A DNA stretch of 64,000 bases from an uncultured Candidatus Rokubacteria bacterium (GCA_963749975.1 CAVVOZ010000031.1:1270-65269), one strand, 5' to 3'. Shown: positions 41,791-52,574, numbered from the stretch's first letter. Numbers and translations: made by a program. Notes: generated from the letters alone by a model not told the origin.

Positions 41791-42516
41791 ATGGCTCGTC
41801 TCGTGCCACTCTGCGTCAGCCTTCTGTCCCTGGCCGTCGTGGCCACCCCTGCGGGGGCTGGCTCGATGTACCAGTTCGTGGATGACCAGGGGGTCATCCA
41901 CTACACCAACGTGCCCGGGGACCCGCGGTACAGCTTCGTCCGAAAGGACCCGGAGCCGGCCGTCGCCAGACCGGCCGCCGAGGGGGGGAGCCTCTCGCGC
42001 GGGCTCCGCGCATTCGCCCACATCATCCGCGCCGCCGCCGAGCGCTACGGCGTCGACACGCGGCTCGTCGAGGCGATCGTGCAGACGGAATCGGCCGGCA
42101 ACCCGACGGCCGTGTCACCGAAGGGCGCGCGCGGCCTGATGCAGCTCATGCCGGAGCGCGCCGCCGAGCTGGGGGTGCGGGACTCCTTCGACCCGACCCA
42201 GAACGTGGACGGCGGAGTCCGGCACATGCGGGACCTCCTCCAGCGCTTCGGGGGCGACGTGACCCTGGCCCTGGCGGCCTACAACGCCGGCGAGGCCGCG
42301 GTCCGGAGCTACGGAGGCGTTCCTCCGTTCGCCGAGACCCGCGATTACGTCCGACGGGTGCGCGCGATGTACGACGGCGGCACGTCCCTGGCGCCGCGGA
42401 CCCTCGCCCTGGTGACGGCGCCCCAGCGCATCTACCGCGCCGTCGCGGAAGACGGCACGCTCACCTTCACGAACCTGCCGCCCCGTACCGCCACGCCCGC
42501 CGCCGGGCGCTTCTAG
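41791..42516 (+). CDS. Lytic transglycosylase (SLT domain) with N-terminal DUF4124
   Basis: Signal peptide, YQFVDDQGVIHYTN (DUF4124), ESAGNPTAVSPKGARGLMQLMP (SLT). Confidence 0.8.
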   Translation: MARLVPLCVSLLSLAVVATPAGAGSMYQFVDDQGVIHYTNVPGDPRYSFVRKDPEPAVARPAAEGGSLSRGLRAFAHIIRAAAERYGVDTRLVEAIVQTESAGNPTAVSPKGARGLMQLMPERAAELGVRDSFDPTQNVDGGVRHMRDLLQRFGGDVTLALAAYNAGEAAVRSYGGVPPFAETRDYVRRVRAMYDGGTSLAPRTLALVTAPQRIYRAVAEDGTLTFTNLPPRTATPAAGRF

Positions 42517-42598
42517 CCCGACCGCGGCCTCGGGCCGCACCCGGGGTTGCCCGGGCGCCGGCCATCGCTCGCGTCGCTCCCGTCGCCGCGCGACGGGA

Positions 42599-43109
42599 TC
42601 ACTCGAAAGCCTGGCCGTATCGCTCCCGGTGGGCGACCGTCCCGAGCGGCTTCCGGTCCTTCTTGCCGCGCCCCACGGGTCCGACGGGATAGCCGAGCGG
42701 CAGGATCGCCAGGACGTCGAGCTTGGCCGGGATGCCGAGGAGCGCCTTGACCTCCTCCAGCCCTCCGAAGCCAACCCAGTTCGACCCCACCCCATCCGCC
42801 CACGCGGCGAGCAGCATGGACTGGATCGCCCGGCTCGCATCCGAGACGGCGAACGGGCGTCTTGTCGACCAGGACGACGACCGCGGCTCCCGCCTGGGCG
42901 ACGTGCGCTCCGGTCCGCGCGAGCGCGCCGAGCTTCTGGAGGGTCTTCCGATCCTCGACCACGATGAAGTGCCACGGCTGGAGGTTCTTGGCGCTGCCGG
43001 TCAGCCGCCCCGCCTCGACGACGCGCCGGAGCGTCGCCTCGGGAACGGGCTTGTCCTGGTAGCGCCGGACCGCCAGCATCGTGCGGATCGTCTCGAAGAC
43101 GTCCATCAA
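42599..43109 (-). CDS. Nitroreductase-family protein; N- and C-terminal halves are in different frames
   Basis: ORF 42513..43109 N-terminus (…PWHFIVVEDRKTLQKL…) plus ORF 42599..42817 C-terminus; frame change near 42820. Confidence 0.7.
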
Positions 43110-43178
43110 GGCTCCCCTTCCGCGCCTCGCGCGTGACTGACCCCGCGGCTCACCGGCGTCCCAACCCTGCCCTGCCCG

Positions 43179-43674
43179 TCACAGATCCCGCATCATCTCG
43201 AGCTCCAGCAGGGAGGGCGTGTGATCGAGGGGCTGGCTCCTGCCGGTCGTCCTGAAGCCACAGCGATGATACAGCGCGAGCGCCGCCTCGTTCGTCGAGG
43301 TCACCCAGAGGTATAGACGCGCCGCGCCATGCCCCCGGGCCCACGCAGCCACGGCCTCGACCAGCGCGACCGCCGACCCTCCGACCACGCGCTGCCGGCT
43401 CGACGAACATCCCGACGAGGTCGAGCCGAGGCCCATCGGCCACGAGACCGGTCGCCATGCCGATCCAGCGGTCGCCGTCTTCGGCGACGTACGTCACCCT
43501 GCCCTCCCCCGCGGCGCCCCGCGCGGCCCGTTCCTGCCAGACCGATTCGGCGAACGCCTCTTCCCTCGCGAGCGTGGACCCGAACGCCCAGGGCGCATCC
43601 GCCAGGGCCCGCAGGCGGAGCGCTCGCAGGCGAAGGCCCTCGTCAGGTCGGACCCGTCGGACGATGGGGCTCAT
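43179..43674 (-). CDS. GNAT-family N-acetyltransferase; frame change near 43390
   Basis: ORF 43150..43674 N-terminus plus ORF 43179..43436 C-terminus (…LYHRCGFRTTG…). Confidence 0.65.
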
Positions 43675-43742
43675 GTCGCATCTCTCACACCCGCATCAGC
43701 GGCGCGGGCACGCGTCTCGGCCGCACGGGAGATGCGACCGGT

Positions 43743-44241
43743 TCAGGTCCGCAGGGCGCCTTCCACCTGTGCCAGGTGCTCCTCGGCGTGGCTGACGATG
43801 AACGACTCGATGACGTCGGCCACGCTCATCTCACCCCGCCCGGGGTTGATGCCTCGCTTGCTGCGTTCGGCCTTCGATAGGCCCCGGATCGTGCCGGCTG
43901 CTCGCCGAACCTCCTCCTGGAGCTGAGCCAGCATCTCGTCGGGCTGGGCGGCGGCGCCGCGCGCCACCCCGGCGAGTCGTTCGGGCGATCCGGGCGTGCG
44001 CCCAAACGTGGGAACCTCTCCCGTCGGCTGCGATCAGAACGCGACAATGGTGCAGCCAGTACGGGATCATCTCCGTCATGTGTCCCAGAGTCTGCATCGC
44101 CGACCACTCGCTCTCGCCCGGCGACGCGCGGAGGCGCGAGGCCACCTTGGGCTCTCGCAGCAGCTTCGCCACTTCGTCCGAGACTCGCTCGAGTCGCTTC
44201 GCCTGCGTCTCTCCGGGGCTCTCCGTTGGATGTGCTGTCAC
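43743..44241 (-). CDS. DinB/YfiT-like (DinB_2) metal-dependent protein; frame change near 43960
   Basis: ORF 43831..44241 N-terminus plus ORF 43743..43967 C-terminus. Confidence 0.5.
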
Positions 44242-44334
44242 GTCTGGCCTCCCGATTGGGATTGCACCGCAGGGGTTCGTCGACGCCGCCCCCCGAACCT
44301 CGGACGCGGCGACGCGTCGCGGCTCTTTCTCGCC

Positions 44335-44760
44335 TCAGCGCGCCCGGCGCTTCTTCGTGAGGTACGCGCGCCAGGGCTTCCAGTAGTACTTCCTCCAGCC
44401 TTCGGTCACCCCCCGCGCGTCGCGGTCCGCCACGTTGACGTGGACGAGCCGGATGCGGCCCGACTTGCCGCGGGGCCAGAAGGTGAGGACGAGCGTCGAG
44501 TCGATGTCCTTCGCGCCGAAGCCCGTCGAGCGCCAGGTCTGGACGATCATCCGCCCGGGCCGCGTGAGGAGCATCTTCCCCGAGAGCGCGCCGTTGAAGG
44601 CGCGGAAGGGAGAGCCCGGCCGCGCCCCGATCCTCACCGGCGCGCCGGTGATCGCCGCGTGGCGCTTCGGATCGAGATACATGCGGTAGAGATCGGCCGC
44701 CGGCGCCGGCAGCGTCACGCTCTGCTGGATCGTCTTCGGCATGCTCCGATTACCTCCACT
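44335..44760 (-). CDS. SRPBCC/AHSA1-like small protein
   Basis: C-terminal ~140 aa of ORF 44335..45648 (MPKTIQQSVTLPAPAADLYRMYLDPKRHAAITGAPV…). Confidence 0.6.
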   Translation of the reverse strand, partial: SGGNRSMPKTIQQSVTLPAPAADLYRMYLDPKRHAAITGAPVRIGARPGSPFRAFNGALSGKMLLTRPGRMIVQTWRSTGFGAKDIDSTLVLTFWPRGKSGRIRLVHVNVADRDARGVTEGWRKYYWKPWRAYLTKKRRAR

Positions 44761-44879
44761 GTGGCTATCGATGGGAACGACGAGATGCGCTCGGGGCGCG
44801 GCTGACCAGTCTCGCGCGATCGCGGGTGCAGTTGGTGGCCGGCGAAGGCGCGCCGCACCGGTCGGCCGCCTCGCATGCG

Positions 44880-45539
44880 TCAGTTCGGCTCGAGCGTGAC
44901 GATGCTCGCGCGCGTGTCGATCGTCACCGAGAAGAGCGAGAGGAAATCCCGGCCCAGCAGACCGTCGGCCTGTGGAAGGCCGGCATCGTGGGCCACGATC
45001 GCGAGGGGGCCCGCGCGAGCGCCGCCCACGTCGAGCGACTCGATCCACAGCACGTCCGCCCGGGTCACGCCGGTCACGCCCCGGACCTCGGCCCCATACG
45101 TGTTCGGCGTGACGATGCCCAGGCGGGCGAGGGCCGCCGGGGCCACCATCGTCCGGTCGGCCCCCGTATCGAGGATCAGCGTGACCGGGCCGGCCTCGTT
45201 GATCCGAGCGGCGACCAGGATCGGCGCGCCCGCCACGAAGGGAATGGTGGTCGTCCCGGCCCGCGCGGCGGCCGGCGCCCCGGGCGGCGGCGGCTCGACG
45301 GAGGACACCGCCATCGCGCGGGCGGCGGCCCGGTAGCGCTCCGGCACGCTCTCGATCCCGGTCGTGTAGTGAACGACTCCCTGGTCGTCGACCCAGTGGT
45401 AGACCTGGGCCCCGACGCTCGTGACGAGGACGCCGATCACGAGCATCGCGGTCACGATCACGCGCCCCGCGCGGGCACGGCAGTCCATCGCGTGGCGCCA
45501 CGCACGTCGGCCGGACGGTGCCGGGATCATCTCGGCCAC
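44880..45539 (-). CDS. Retropepsin-like (clan AA) aspartic protease with N-terminal TM helix and DUF4124
   Basis: YHWVDDQGVVHYTT (DUF4124) and LILDTGADRTMV (D-T/S-G active site). Confidence 0.7.
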   Translation of the reverse strand: MAEMIPAPSGRRAWRHAMDCRARAGRVIVTAMLVIGVLVTSVGAQVYHWVDDQGVVHYTTGIESVPERYRAAARAMAVSSVEPPPPGAPAAARAGTTTIPFVAGAPILVAARINEAGPVTLILDTGADRTMVAPAALARLGIVTPNTYGAEVRGVTGVTRADVLWIESLDVGGARAGPLAIVAHDAGLPQADGLLGRDFLSLFSVTIDTRASIVTLEPN

Positions 45540-45697
45540 CCACAGAGATCGTTACCATGCGCTCACCGACGCCCGCCGATCGGCCTCGAGGACCGGTGAG
45601 CCGCGCCGCGCTCATGAGCCCCGGCGACCCGAGCGCCGACATCCGCACGGGTCCCGCGATCGAGCCGGTAGGCGGCGCTCCGCGTCCCTCGCTCCGC

Positions 45698-46706
45698 TCA
45701 GCGGAAGAGGGCGCTGTAGGCGTTGAGCGCCGGCTGACCGCCCAGGTGGGCGTAGAGGACCGTCGCGCGCTTCTCGATCTCGGCCCGGGACACGAGATCG
45801 ATGAGCCCCGCCATCGACTTCCCCTCGTAGACGGGGTCCGTCAGCATGCCCTCGAGCCTCGCCGCCAGCCGTATGGCCTCCAGCGTTCGCTCATCCGGAA
45901 TCCCGTACGTCCCCGCGTGGTAGCGGTCATCCAGGACGATCTCCTCGTCGCGCAGGTCCCGTCCCAGGTCGATGAGGTCGGCCGTCCGGCGCGCGATGCG
46001 CGTCACCTGCTCGAGGGTCTCCTTGGCCTTGGCCGAGGCGTCGATCCCGATGACCCGGCGGGGCCGCTTCTGCGCCGCGAAGCCCGCGATCATCCCGGCC
46101 TGCGTGCTCCCCGTGACCGAGCACACGATGACCGTGTCGAAGAACACGCCGAGCTCACGCTCCTGGTGCTCGACCTCCCGGGCCCACTGCGCGAAGCCGA
46201 GGCCGCCCAGGCGGTGGTCCGACGCGCCGGCCGGGAATCGCGTACGGCCGCCCGCCGGACGCCTCGATCTCCGCGAGCGCCTGCTCCCAGCTCTCCTTGA
46301 ACCCGATCCCGAACCCGGCCTGCACCAGGCGGACGTCCGCGCCGAGAATCCGGCTGAGCAGGATGTTGCCCACGCGGTCGTAGACGGCATCGGGCCAGTC
46401 CACCCAGCTCTCCTGGATCAGCACGCACCGCATCCCCACCCGAGCCGCGGCCGCCGCCACCTGGCGCGTGTGGTTGGACTGGACCCCGCCGATGGAGACG
46501 AGCGTGTCGCATCCTTGCGCGATCGCGTCCGCCACCAGGTACTCGAGCTTCCGGATCTTGTTGCCTCCGAAGGCGAGCCCGCTGTTGCAGTCGTCGCGCT
46601 TCGCCCAGATGCGGGCTCCGCCGAGGTGGGCGCTCAGCCGCTCCAGCGGATGCACGGGAGACGGACCGAAGAGGAACGGATACCGGGCAAACGAGTCGAG
46701 CTTCAT
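45698..46706 (-). CDS. PLP-dependent ACC deaminase / D-cysteine desulfhydrase family enzyme; frame change near 46250
   Basis: ORF 46155..46979 N-terminus ([11 protein letters not shown]…[11 protein letters not shown]) plus ORF 45698..46390 C-terminus. Confidence 0.8.
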
Positions 46707-46739
46707 GCGGGCTCCCCGATCCACCCGCGTGGGCCGCCT

Positions 46740-48230
46740 AGCTATAGAAGCGGTGTCGAGACGCTTCGTCGCCCGAACGCCAGGAGGCTCGATGGCTACA
46801 GACTGTATAGCGCAGGTGACGTTCGAATGCCAAGGGCTGTCGCAGCCCATCGTCGCGCGGTTCGACCAGGCCCACGCGAGTTCGGATGGCGGGGCCGTCT
46901 TGCTCAAAGCCCTCGACGACCACCTGGGCCTGACGCGGCGGGTGGCGGCCAGCCTGACCGACCGGAGGCAGCCCGGCAAGGTCCAGCACGCGCTGCTCGA
47001 GTTGGTGCAGCAGCGCGTCTTCGGGATCGCCTGCGGCTACGCCGACTGCAACGACAGCGCGCGGCTGGCCGAGGACCCGGTCTACAAGCTCCTGCTCGAC
47101 CGCGATCCGCTGACCGGGCCGGCCTTGGCCTCCCAGCCGACGCTCTCCCGCTTCGAGAACGGCGTGGGCTGGCACGCGCTGTATCTGGCGAGCGTCGCCC
47201 TCGCGGACCTGGTCATCGCGCAGCATCGCGCACGGCTCCAGGGGCGGGCCCGGCGGATCACGATCGATCTCGACCCGACCGACGACCCCACGCACGGCCA
47301 GCAGGAGCTCAGCTTCTTCAATGGCCACTACGACACCTGGTGCTACCTCCCACTGGTGGCGACGCTGACGTTCAACGCCGAGCCGCGGCAGTACCTGGTC
47401 GCCGCCGTGCTGCGGCCGGGCAACAGCCCGGCCAAGCGGGGCGCGCTCGGCCTGCTGACGCGCCTGTGTCGGCGGCTGCGCGCCGCCTTCCCGGGGGCCC
47501 TCCTCCGGGTCCGGCTGGACGGGGGCTTTGCCAGCCCCGAGGTCTTGGACGGCTTGGACGCCGGGGGGGTCGAGTACGTCGTGGCGATGGCCAGCAATGC
47601 GCGCCTGGTCAAGCGCAGCCGCCGCTTGATGGGGCGGGCCCGGATGCTCTCCAAGGCCAGTGGCGCGACCGAGCACCTCTACGGCGAGACTCGGTACGCG
47701 GCCCGGAAGTGGAAGCGGAAGCGACGCATCATCATGAAGGCCGAGGTCGTGCGCCATCCTGGGCGCACGCCCAAAAACAACCCGCGCTTCGTGGTCACCA
47801 ACCTCCTCGACCCGCCCGAGGCGGTCTACCACGTCTACTGCGGGCGGGGCGATATGGAGAACCGGTTGAAGGAGTTGCATCACGGCCTCGAACTGGATCG
47901 CACGAGCTGCGAACGGTTCACGGCGAACCAGTTCCGGGTGCTCCTGACGGCCGCGGCGTACATCTTGTTCCAGACCCTCCAGGCCCACGCTCAGGGGACG
48001 GCGTGTGCCGACGCCCAGGTCAGCACGCTGCGCGAGCGGCTGCTCAAGCTGGCGGCCTGGGTCGAGCGCTCGGTGCGGCGGATCGTGTTGCATCTGCCCA
48101 CCACCTATCCCTGGCTTTCCACCTGGCGCCAGATCGCCGTCGCCGTCGGCGCGGCCCCGGCGTAGTCGCCGCGCCGCCACCGCCCGCCCGACCCCCCGGG
48201 AGACGTGTCTCTCCGCGGTCCGTGGAGAAT
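46740..48230 (+). mobile_element. IS4-family insertion sequence (one transposase gene); boundaries approximate and no clean terminal inverted repeats resolved
   Basis: DDE transposase ORF with an AGGAGG RBS, inserted ~35-80 bp upstream of the ACC-deaminase-like start codon. Confidence 0.55.
46789..48165 (+). CDS. IS4-family DDE transposase (~458 aa)
   Basis: DDE_Tnp_1-like sequence with Y-x2-R-x3-E-x6-K signature ([16 protein letters not shown]). The ORF-track N-terminal extension back to 46468 is rejected. Confidence 0.8.
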   Translation, partial: SMATDCIAQVTFECQGLSQPIVARFDQAHASSDGGAVLLKALDDHLGLTRRVAASLTDRRQPGKVQHALLELVQQRVFGIACGYADCNDSARLAEDPVYKLLLDRDPLTGPALASQPTLSRFENGVGWHALYLASVALADLVIAQHRARLQGRARRITIDLDPTDDPTHGQQELSFFNGHYDTWCYLPLVATLTFNAEPRQYLVAAVLRPGNSPAKRGALGLLTRLCRRLRAAFPGALLRVRLDGGFASPEVLDGLDAGGVEYVVAMASNARLVKRSRRLMGRARMLSKASGATEHLYGETRYAARKWKRKRRIIMKAEVVRHPGRTPKNNPRFVVTNLLDPPEAVYHVYCGRGDMENRLKELHHGLELDRTSCERFTANQFRVLLTAAAYILFQTLQAHAQGTACADAQVSTLRERLLKLAAWVERSVRRIVLHLPTTYPWLSTWRQIAVAVGAAPA

Positions 48231-48374
48231 CCGCCGTGAACGCGTGCCGCCGGGTCGCGAGCGTCCGCGCGTCGCTCTCGTGGCGGCGCGACCATTCGAT
48301 GGCCTCCCCAACGCGGCTCTCGGATGCGCCCAGGACCTTGTGTTCCACTTCACGTGCGTTCACGCATAAACGGG

Positions 48375-48785
48375 CTAGGGGGTATTCTCCTCCGGATACT
48401 CGAAGGAGTAGAGGCGCACCTCGAACCGCTGCTCCCCTCCTCGAGGCCGGAGCGGGATCGTGAACGACTCCACGTCCGACTCGGACCTCCAGCGGACCCA
48501 CGTCGGGGTCGTGAAGCTCACGATGCGGCCGGTCGCGTCGAGGCCCAGCAGCTGGAGCCAGGCGCCCGCGATGAGGTGGTTGCGCCGCTCGACGAGCCCG
48601 TCAGCCTGGACGGCGTTCGGGGTCACGCTCAAGCGCCAGTGGAAGTCGACCGGGGGCGCCTCGCTGTGGAGCGGGAAGTCGGCGGGCCGCGCGGCGGCAA
48701 CCGATGCCGCACACCCCGCCAGGAGAGCGGTGGTCACCAGCAGCGCCGCCAGACCGCGGCTCGAGATCCGGAACCCTCGAATGCT
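48375..48785 (-). CDS. Hypothetical lipoprotein (lipobox LLAGC)
   Basis: ORF 48375..48815 with signal peptide plus Cys. Confidence 0.5.
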   Translation of the reverse strand, partial: SIRGFRISSRGLAALLVTTALLAGCAASVAAARPADFPLHSEAPPVDFHWRLSVTPNAVQADGLVERRNHLIAGAWLQLLGLDATGRIVSFTTPTWVRWRSESDVESFTIPLRPRGGEQRFEVRLYSFEYPEENTP

Positions 48786-49067
48786 CACGCCTACCTCCGA
48801 CCTCGCGGTCCGCAACCGACGCTCTCCTAGACGTTCTCACCGGGGTGCTCTCGACACAAGGGGCGCCGAGACGGCAAGGATGTCGTCCGGCCCCCGTCCT
48901 CGGGCCCCATGGTGAGAGTCCGGTTCGATCAGCTACGCGGACTCAGCCCGGCGGCCCGGGGCCTCCACGCTGGCGTCGGCCGCGTCCGCCGTGTCTCGGC
49001 GAGCGGCCCGTCGAGCGTCCGACCGGCGCTCCAGAAGCGGCCAGGCGGCTATCGCGAGGTTGGACGG

Positions 49068-49262
49068 CTATCGGGCCAGCGCCTCGATCGCGGCGGCGTC
49101 GCGGTGACGCGCCTCCGGCAGGTGGATGTCCCAGCAACGCACACTGCAGAACGTGAGCTTCAGCCGTCCGGAGTTACAGGTCGACACGGAGCACCGGTAG
49201 TACTTCGTCCCCATCGGGATCGGCTTCTTGCACACGGAGCACACTCCGAACTGTGCCGGCAT
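49068..49262 (-). CDS. Small (64 aa) Cys-rich zinc-ribbon-like protein
   Basis: CSVC…C…C…CSVRC pattern, a GAGGGG RBS 8 nt upstream, non-GC-biased composition; it overlaps the expected 3' end of the SDR gene. Confidence 0.4.
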   Translation of the reverse strand: MPAQFGVCSVCKKPIPMGTKYYRCSVSTCNSGRLKLTFCSVRCWDIHLPEARHRDAAAIEALAR

Positions 49263-49297
49263 CCTAGCCCCTCACTCTCCACTGGGGGGAGCGTTTC

Positions 49298-49880
49298 TCA
49301 GTTGCCCACGTGCAGGTTCTGGACATCGATTCCGCGCGCCCTCGAGGCCGACGCGCATCTGCCGGAATCCCGCCTGCCGGCCGCGCACTCAGCGCGTGAC
49401 GCCTTCGAAGGCCTCCACGGGCTGGCCGCCCGGTCGAGGCGCCGCGGCGTCTCCATGGTCGCAGCTGCGCGTACTCGGGTGACGAGCGCGGTCCCGATCA
49501 CGTTGACGCCGAGGCTCCGCGGCCAGTCGTCGACCGTGGCGTCCAGGCCCTTGAGCACGAAGACCGCGGCGTTGTTGACGAGGACGTCCACGCCTCCGAA
49601 GCGGGCGACGGTCTCCTCGGTCAGGCGCCGGGCGTCGGCCTCGTGCGCGATGTCGGCCCGGACGAAAGCAGCCTGGCCGCCCTGAGCCACGATGGCGGCA
49701 GCGGCCTCCACCCCCGCCAGGACATCCACGTCCGCCACAACTCTGCGCGCGCCTTCATGGGCGAACAGCTCGCACGTCGCACGCCCGATGCCGGCCGCGC
49801 CGCCGGTCACGATTGCGACCTTGCCGCTGAGGCGCTCGCCCACGAGCTTGCCCGCGATCAGGCCACGCGCCCGCCGGGGT
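49298..49880 (-). CDS. SDR-family oxidoreductase, probably frame-disrupted or truncated
   Basis: GKVAIVTGGAAGIGRA…NNAAV motifs; the catalytic YxxxK is not recovered in frame. Confidence 0.5.
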
Positions 49881-50631
49881 GGCGCCGCCAGACCTCGGGC
49901 TCGTACAGAGGGATGAAGAGCGTCGACTCCCGCTTGATGCGGGCGCATGCGCGGTGGAACTCCTCCAGGCTCTCCTGTGCACCGAGGGGCTCGCCGGCCT
50001 CCAGATTCCGATACGTGAACACGCGAGTCGCTGATCGCCACCGGGCCTCGCGCCGTGTCGACGAGGTAACACATCGACGAGCGGTGGTGCACCCCGACCC
50101 AGAAGGCGCGTAGACCAGGACGACTTCGTCCTCGTCCTCCAGCAGGTGCACCCGCTCCCATCCCTCGAACATGAGGTACTGGAGCGTGTCGCGCGGAATG
50201 CGGTGCCACCGTGAGACATGCATCGGGAATTTCTCCGCGTGAAAATCCTCGATCCAGTCCCGCTTGGACAGGCAGACCCGCGCGTTCGGAAAGAGCTGAA
50301 TGTTGGCGGTGGCGTACGACTGCAGCGGCGTGACCAGGACATGCGTCACGTCTTCGGGACGGACGCCCAGGCCCGCCAGCGCGTTCAGGGGCCGCTCGCG
50401 CTCCTCCCGGCGCATCTCGCCGCGCGCGCCGAAGGCTGCGTGCCAGCGCGCATTGAGATCCGCCAGATCCGACGGCGGCCCGGTGTTGACGATCGCCGTG
50501 ACGCCGGGGCCGCGGATGACGACCATCCAGAAGTGGAGGGTCACCCACTCGTGCCAGTGGCTCATCCAGAAGACCTCCGGACCGGCCACGTCGCACTCGC
50601 CCATCTTGAGGACCTGCAAGGAAAAGGTCAT
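49858..50631 (-). CDS. MBL-fold-like hydrolase (quorum-quenching lactonase-like?); two local frame changes
   Basis: ORF 49858..50631 with an internal segment recovered from the frame of ORF 49298..50596 (…HHRSSMCYLVDTARGPVAISDSRV…). Confidence 0.45.
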   Translation of the reverse strand: MTFSLQVLKMGECDVAGPEVFWMSHWHEWVTLHFWMVVIRGPGVTAIVNTGPPSDLADLNARWHAAFGARGEMRREERERPLNALAGLGVRPEDVTHVLVTPLQSYATANIQLFPNARVCLSKRDWIEDFHAEKFPMHVSRWHRIPRDTLQYLMFEGWERVHLLEDEDEVVLVYAPSGSGCTTARRCVTSSTRREARWRSATRVFTYRNLEAGEPLGAQESLEEFHRACARIKRESTLFIPLYEPEVWRRHPGGRVA

Positions 50632-51050
50632 GGTCTCGGGTCTCGCCTCGGCACAGCGCCCGCCACGAGAGAGCGTGCTGGCGAGCTCGTCAGCGCCACG
50701 TCCCCAGGTGGAAGCTCTTGGGACGCGTCAGATGCTGGAAGCCGAGGTGCGGGGGCGTGCATCCCTTCCCGCCCTCCTCCCCCGCGGTGATCAGCGTGAT
50801 CTCCCGGAACATCGCGCGGTCGCCGGGTCGACGAAGGTCCGGGTGCGGCTCACCGGGCGAGAGCGTACCCCGCCGCCGCCGGGCGCGGCAAGATACCCGC
50901 CGCGGGCGCCGGGCGCCATGGTGGCCGATACGCGGCCGGCGGCCTCGATGTCGCACCGCCGCCCCGGGTGTCACCGTCGATCGAGCCTCGATTGGCGGGA
51001 CCGGCAACGACCGAGTCGAGCTGTCGGGCCACCGGGCCTGGCCGGCGGGC

Positions 51051-52574
51051 TCAGAGGATCCCGCGGTCGAGCGTGCGGTAGGCGAGCGCTTCCGCGAGGT
51101 GCTCGACCGCGATCGCATCGGCCCCGGCCAGGTCGGCGATCGTCCGCGCCACCTTGAGCACGCGGTCGTGGGCGCGCGCCGAGAAGCCGAGCCGCGCCGC
51201 CGCCCGCGCGAGGAGGGCCCGGCCCGCCGGCGGCAGCGGGCAGTGGCGCAGGAGCTGGCGCGGCGTCAGCCGCGCGTTCACGCGCACGGGCCCGCGCCCG
51301 AGCCGCGCCCGCTGGCGCTCGCGCGCGCGGGTGACCCGCTGCTGGACCGCCGCCGATTCCGGCGGCGCGCCGTCGCCTGACATGGACGTCTCCGGCATCA
51401 CCGGCCCCACGTCGACGTGGAGGTCGATCCGGTCGAGCAGCGGCGCCGACAGCCGTCCCAGATAGCGCGCCCGCTCGCCCGGCGTGCACGCGCACCCGTC
51501 CACGCTCCGGCAGCCCCGCCGGCACGGGTTCATCGCCCCCACCAGCTGGACCTCCGCCGGCAGCCGCACCGCCCCGCCGACCCGGGCGATCGTCACCGCG
51601 CCGTCCTCCAGCGGCTGGCGGAGCGTGTCGAGCGCGTGCGGAGCGAACTCGGGCAGCTCGTCCAGGAACAGCACGCCCAGGTGGGCCAGGCTCACCTCGC
51701 CCGGATGCGGCACGCGGCCCCCGCCGACCAACCCGGCCGGCGAGACGGTGTGGTGGGGCGCGCGAAAGGGCCGGCGCGTCACGAGGCCCTCCGGCGGAAG
51801 CAGCCCCGCCACGCTCCAGATCCGGCTCGCCTCGATCGCCTCCGCCAGCGTGAGGGGCGGCAGGATCGTCGGCAGCCGCCGCGCGAGGAGCGTCTTGCCC
51901 GTCCCCGGCGGGCCGATCAGCAGCACGTGGTGGCCGCCGGCCGCCGCGATCTCCAGCGCGCGCTTCGCGTGCGCCTGACCGCGCACGTCGCCGAGGTCGA
52001 CGTCGTCGGGCGGCGCGACCGCCAGGAGCTGCCCCGGATCCCCACGAGTCCGGGCGATCGGATGCTCCTCGTTGAGGAACGCCGCCGCCTCCGCGAGCGA
52101 GGTCACCGGGTACACGGCGAGGGCCTCCAGCACCGAGGCCTCCGAGGTGTTGCCGGCGGCGAGAAGGCAGCCGTCGAGACCCGCATGGCTCGCCCGGAGC
52201 GCCATCGGGAGCACCCCGCGCACGGGATGGATCGCCCCGTCGAGGGCCAGCTCCCCCACCACAAGGAGGCGCTCCAGCCGCTCGGGCTTGACCGCGCCCG
52301 TCGCCGCCAGGAGGCCGAGCGCGATCGGCAGGTCGAAGCTGACGCCTTCCTTCCGCACGTCCGCCGGCGCGAGGTTGACGGTCACGCGCTCGAGGGGGAA
52401 CGCGAAGCCGGAGTTCCGGATCGCCGTGCGGACGCGCTCCCGGCTCTCACGCACCGCCGGATCCGGCAGGCCCACCGTCGCAAACGTGGGCAACCCCTGG
52501 CTCACGTCGACCTCGACGCGGACCAGCGCCGCGTCGACGCCGGCCAGGCAGGCGGAGAAGACCCGGGCGAGCAT
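51051..52574 (-). CDS. comM: YifB/ComM Mg-chelatase-like AAA+ ATPase
   Basis: 507 aa; ChlI-type GPPGTGKT Walker A, C-terminal Mg_chelatase_C. Confidence 0.92.
   Translation of the reverse strand: MLARVFSACLAGVDAALVRVEVDVSQGLPTFATVGLPDPAVRESRERVRTAIRNSGFAFPLERVTVNLAPADVRKEGVSFDLPIALGLLAATGAVKPERLERLLVVGELALDGAIHPVRGVLPMALRASHAGLDGCLLAAGNTSEASVLEALAVYPVTSLAEAAAFLNEEHPIARTRGDPGQLLAVAPPDDVDLGDVRGQAHAKRALEIAAAGGHHVLLIGPPGTGKTLLARRLPTILPPLTLAEAIEASRIWSVAGLLPPEGLVTRRPFRAPHHTVSPAGLVGGGRVPHPGEVSLAHLGVLFLDELPEFAPHALDTLRQPLEDGAVTIARVGGAVRLPAEVQLVGAMNPCRRGCRSVDGCACTPGERARYLGRLSAPLLDRIDLHVDVGPVMPETSMSGDGAPPESAAVQQRVTRARERQRARLGRGPVRVNARLTPRQLLRHCPLPPAGRALLARAAARLGFSARAHDRVLKVARTIADLAGADAIAVEHLAEALAYRTLDRGIL

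Noticed and set aside
46468-46788. N-terminal 107-aa extension of the transposase ORF
   Set aside because: It overlaps the ACC-deaminase-like N-terminus in antisense; a proper RBS plus ATG lies at 46789.
50631-51051. Possible gene in the 420-bp gap upstream of comM (ORF 50690..51118 tail MFREITLITAGEEGGKG…)
   Set aside because: Only a short plausible segment embedded in GC-biased sequence; no start/RBS or family identified. It could be a decayed remnant.
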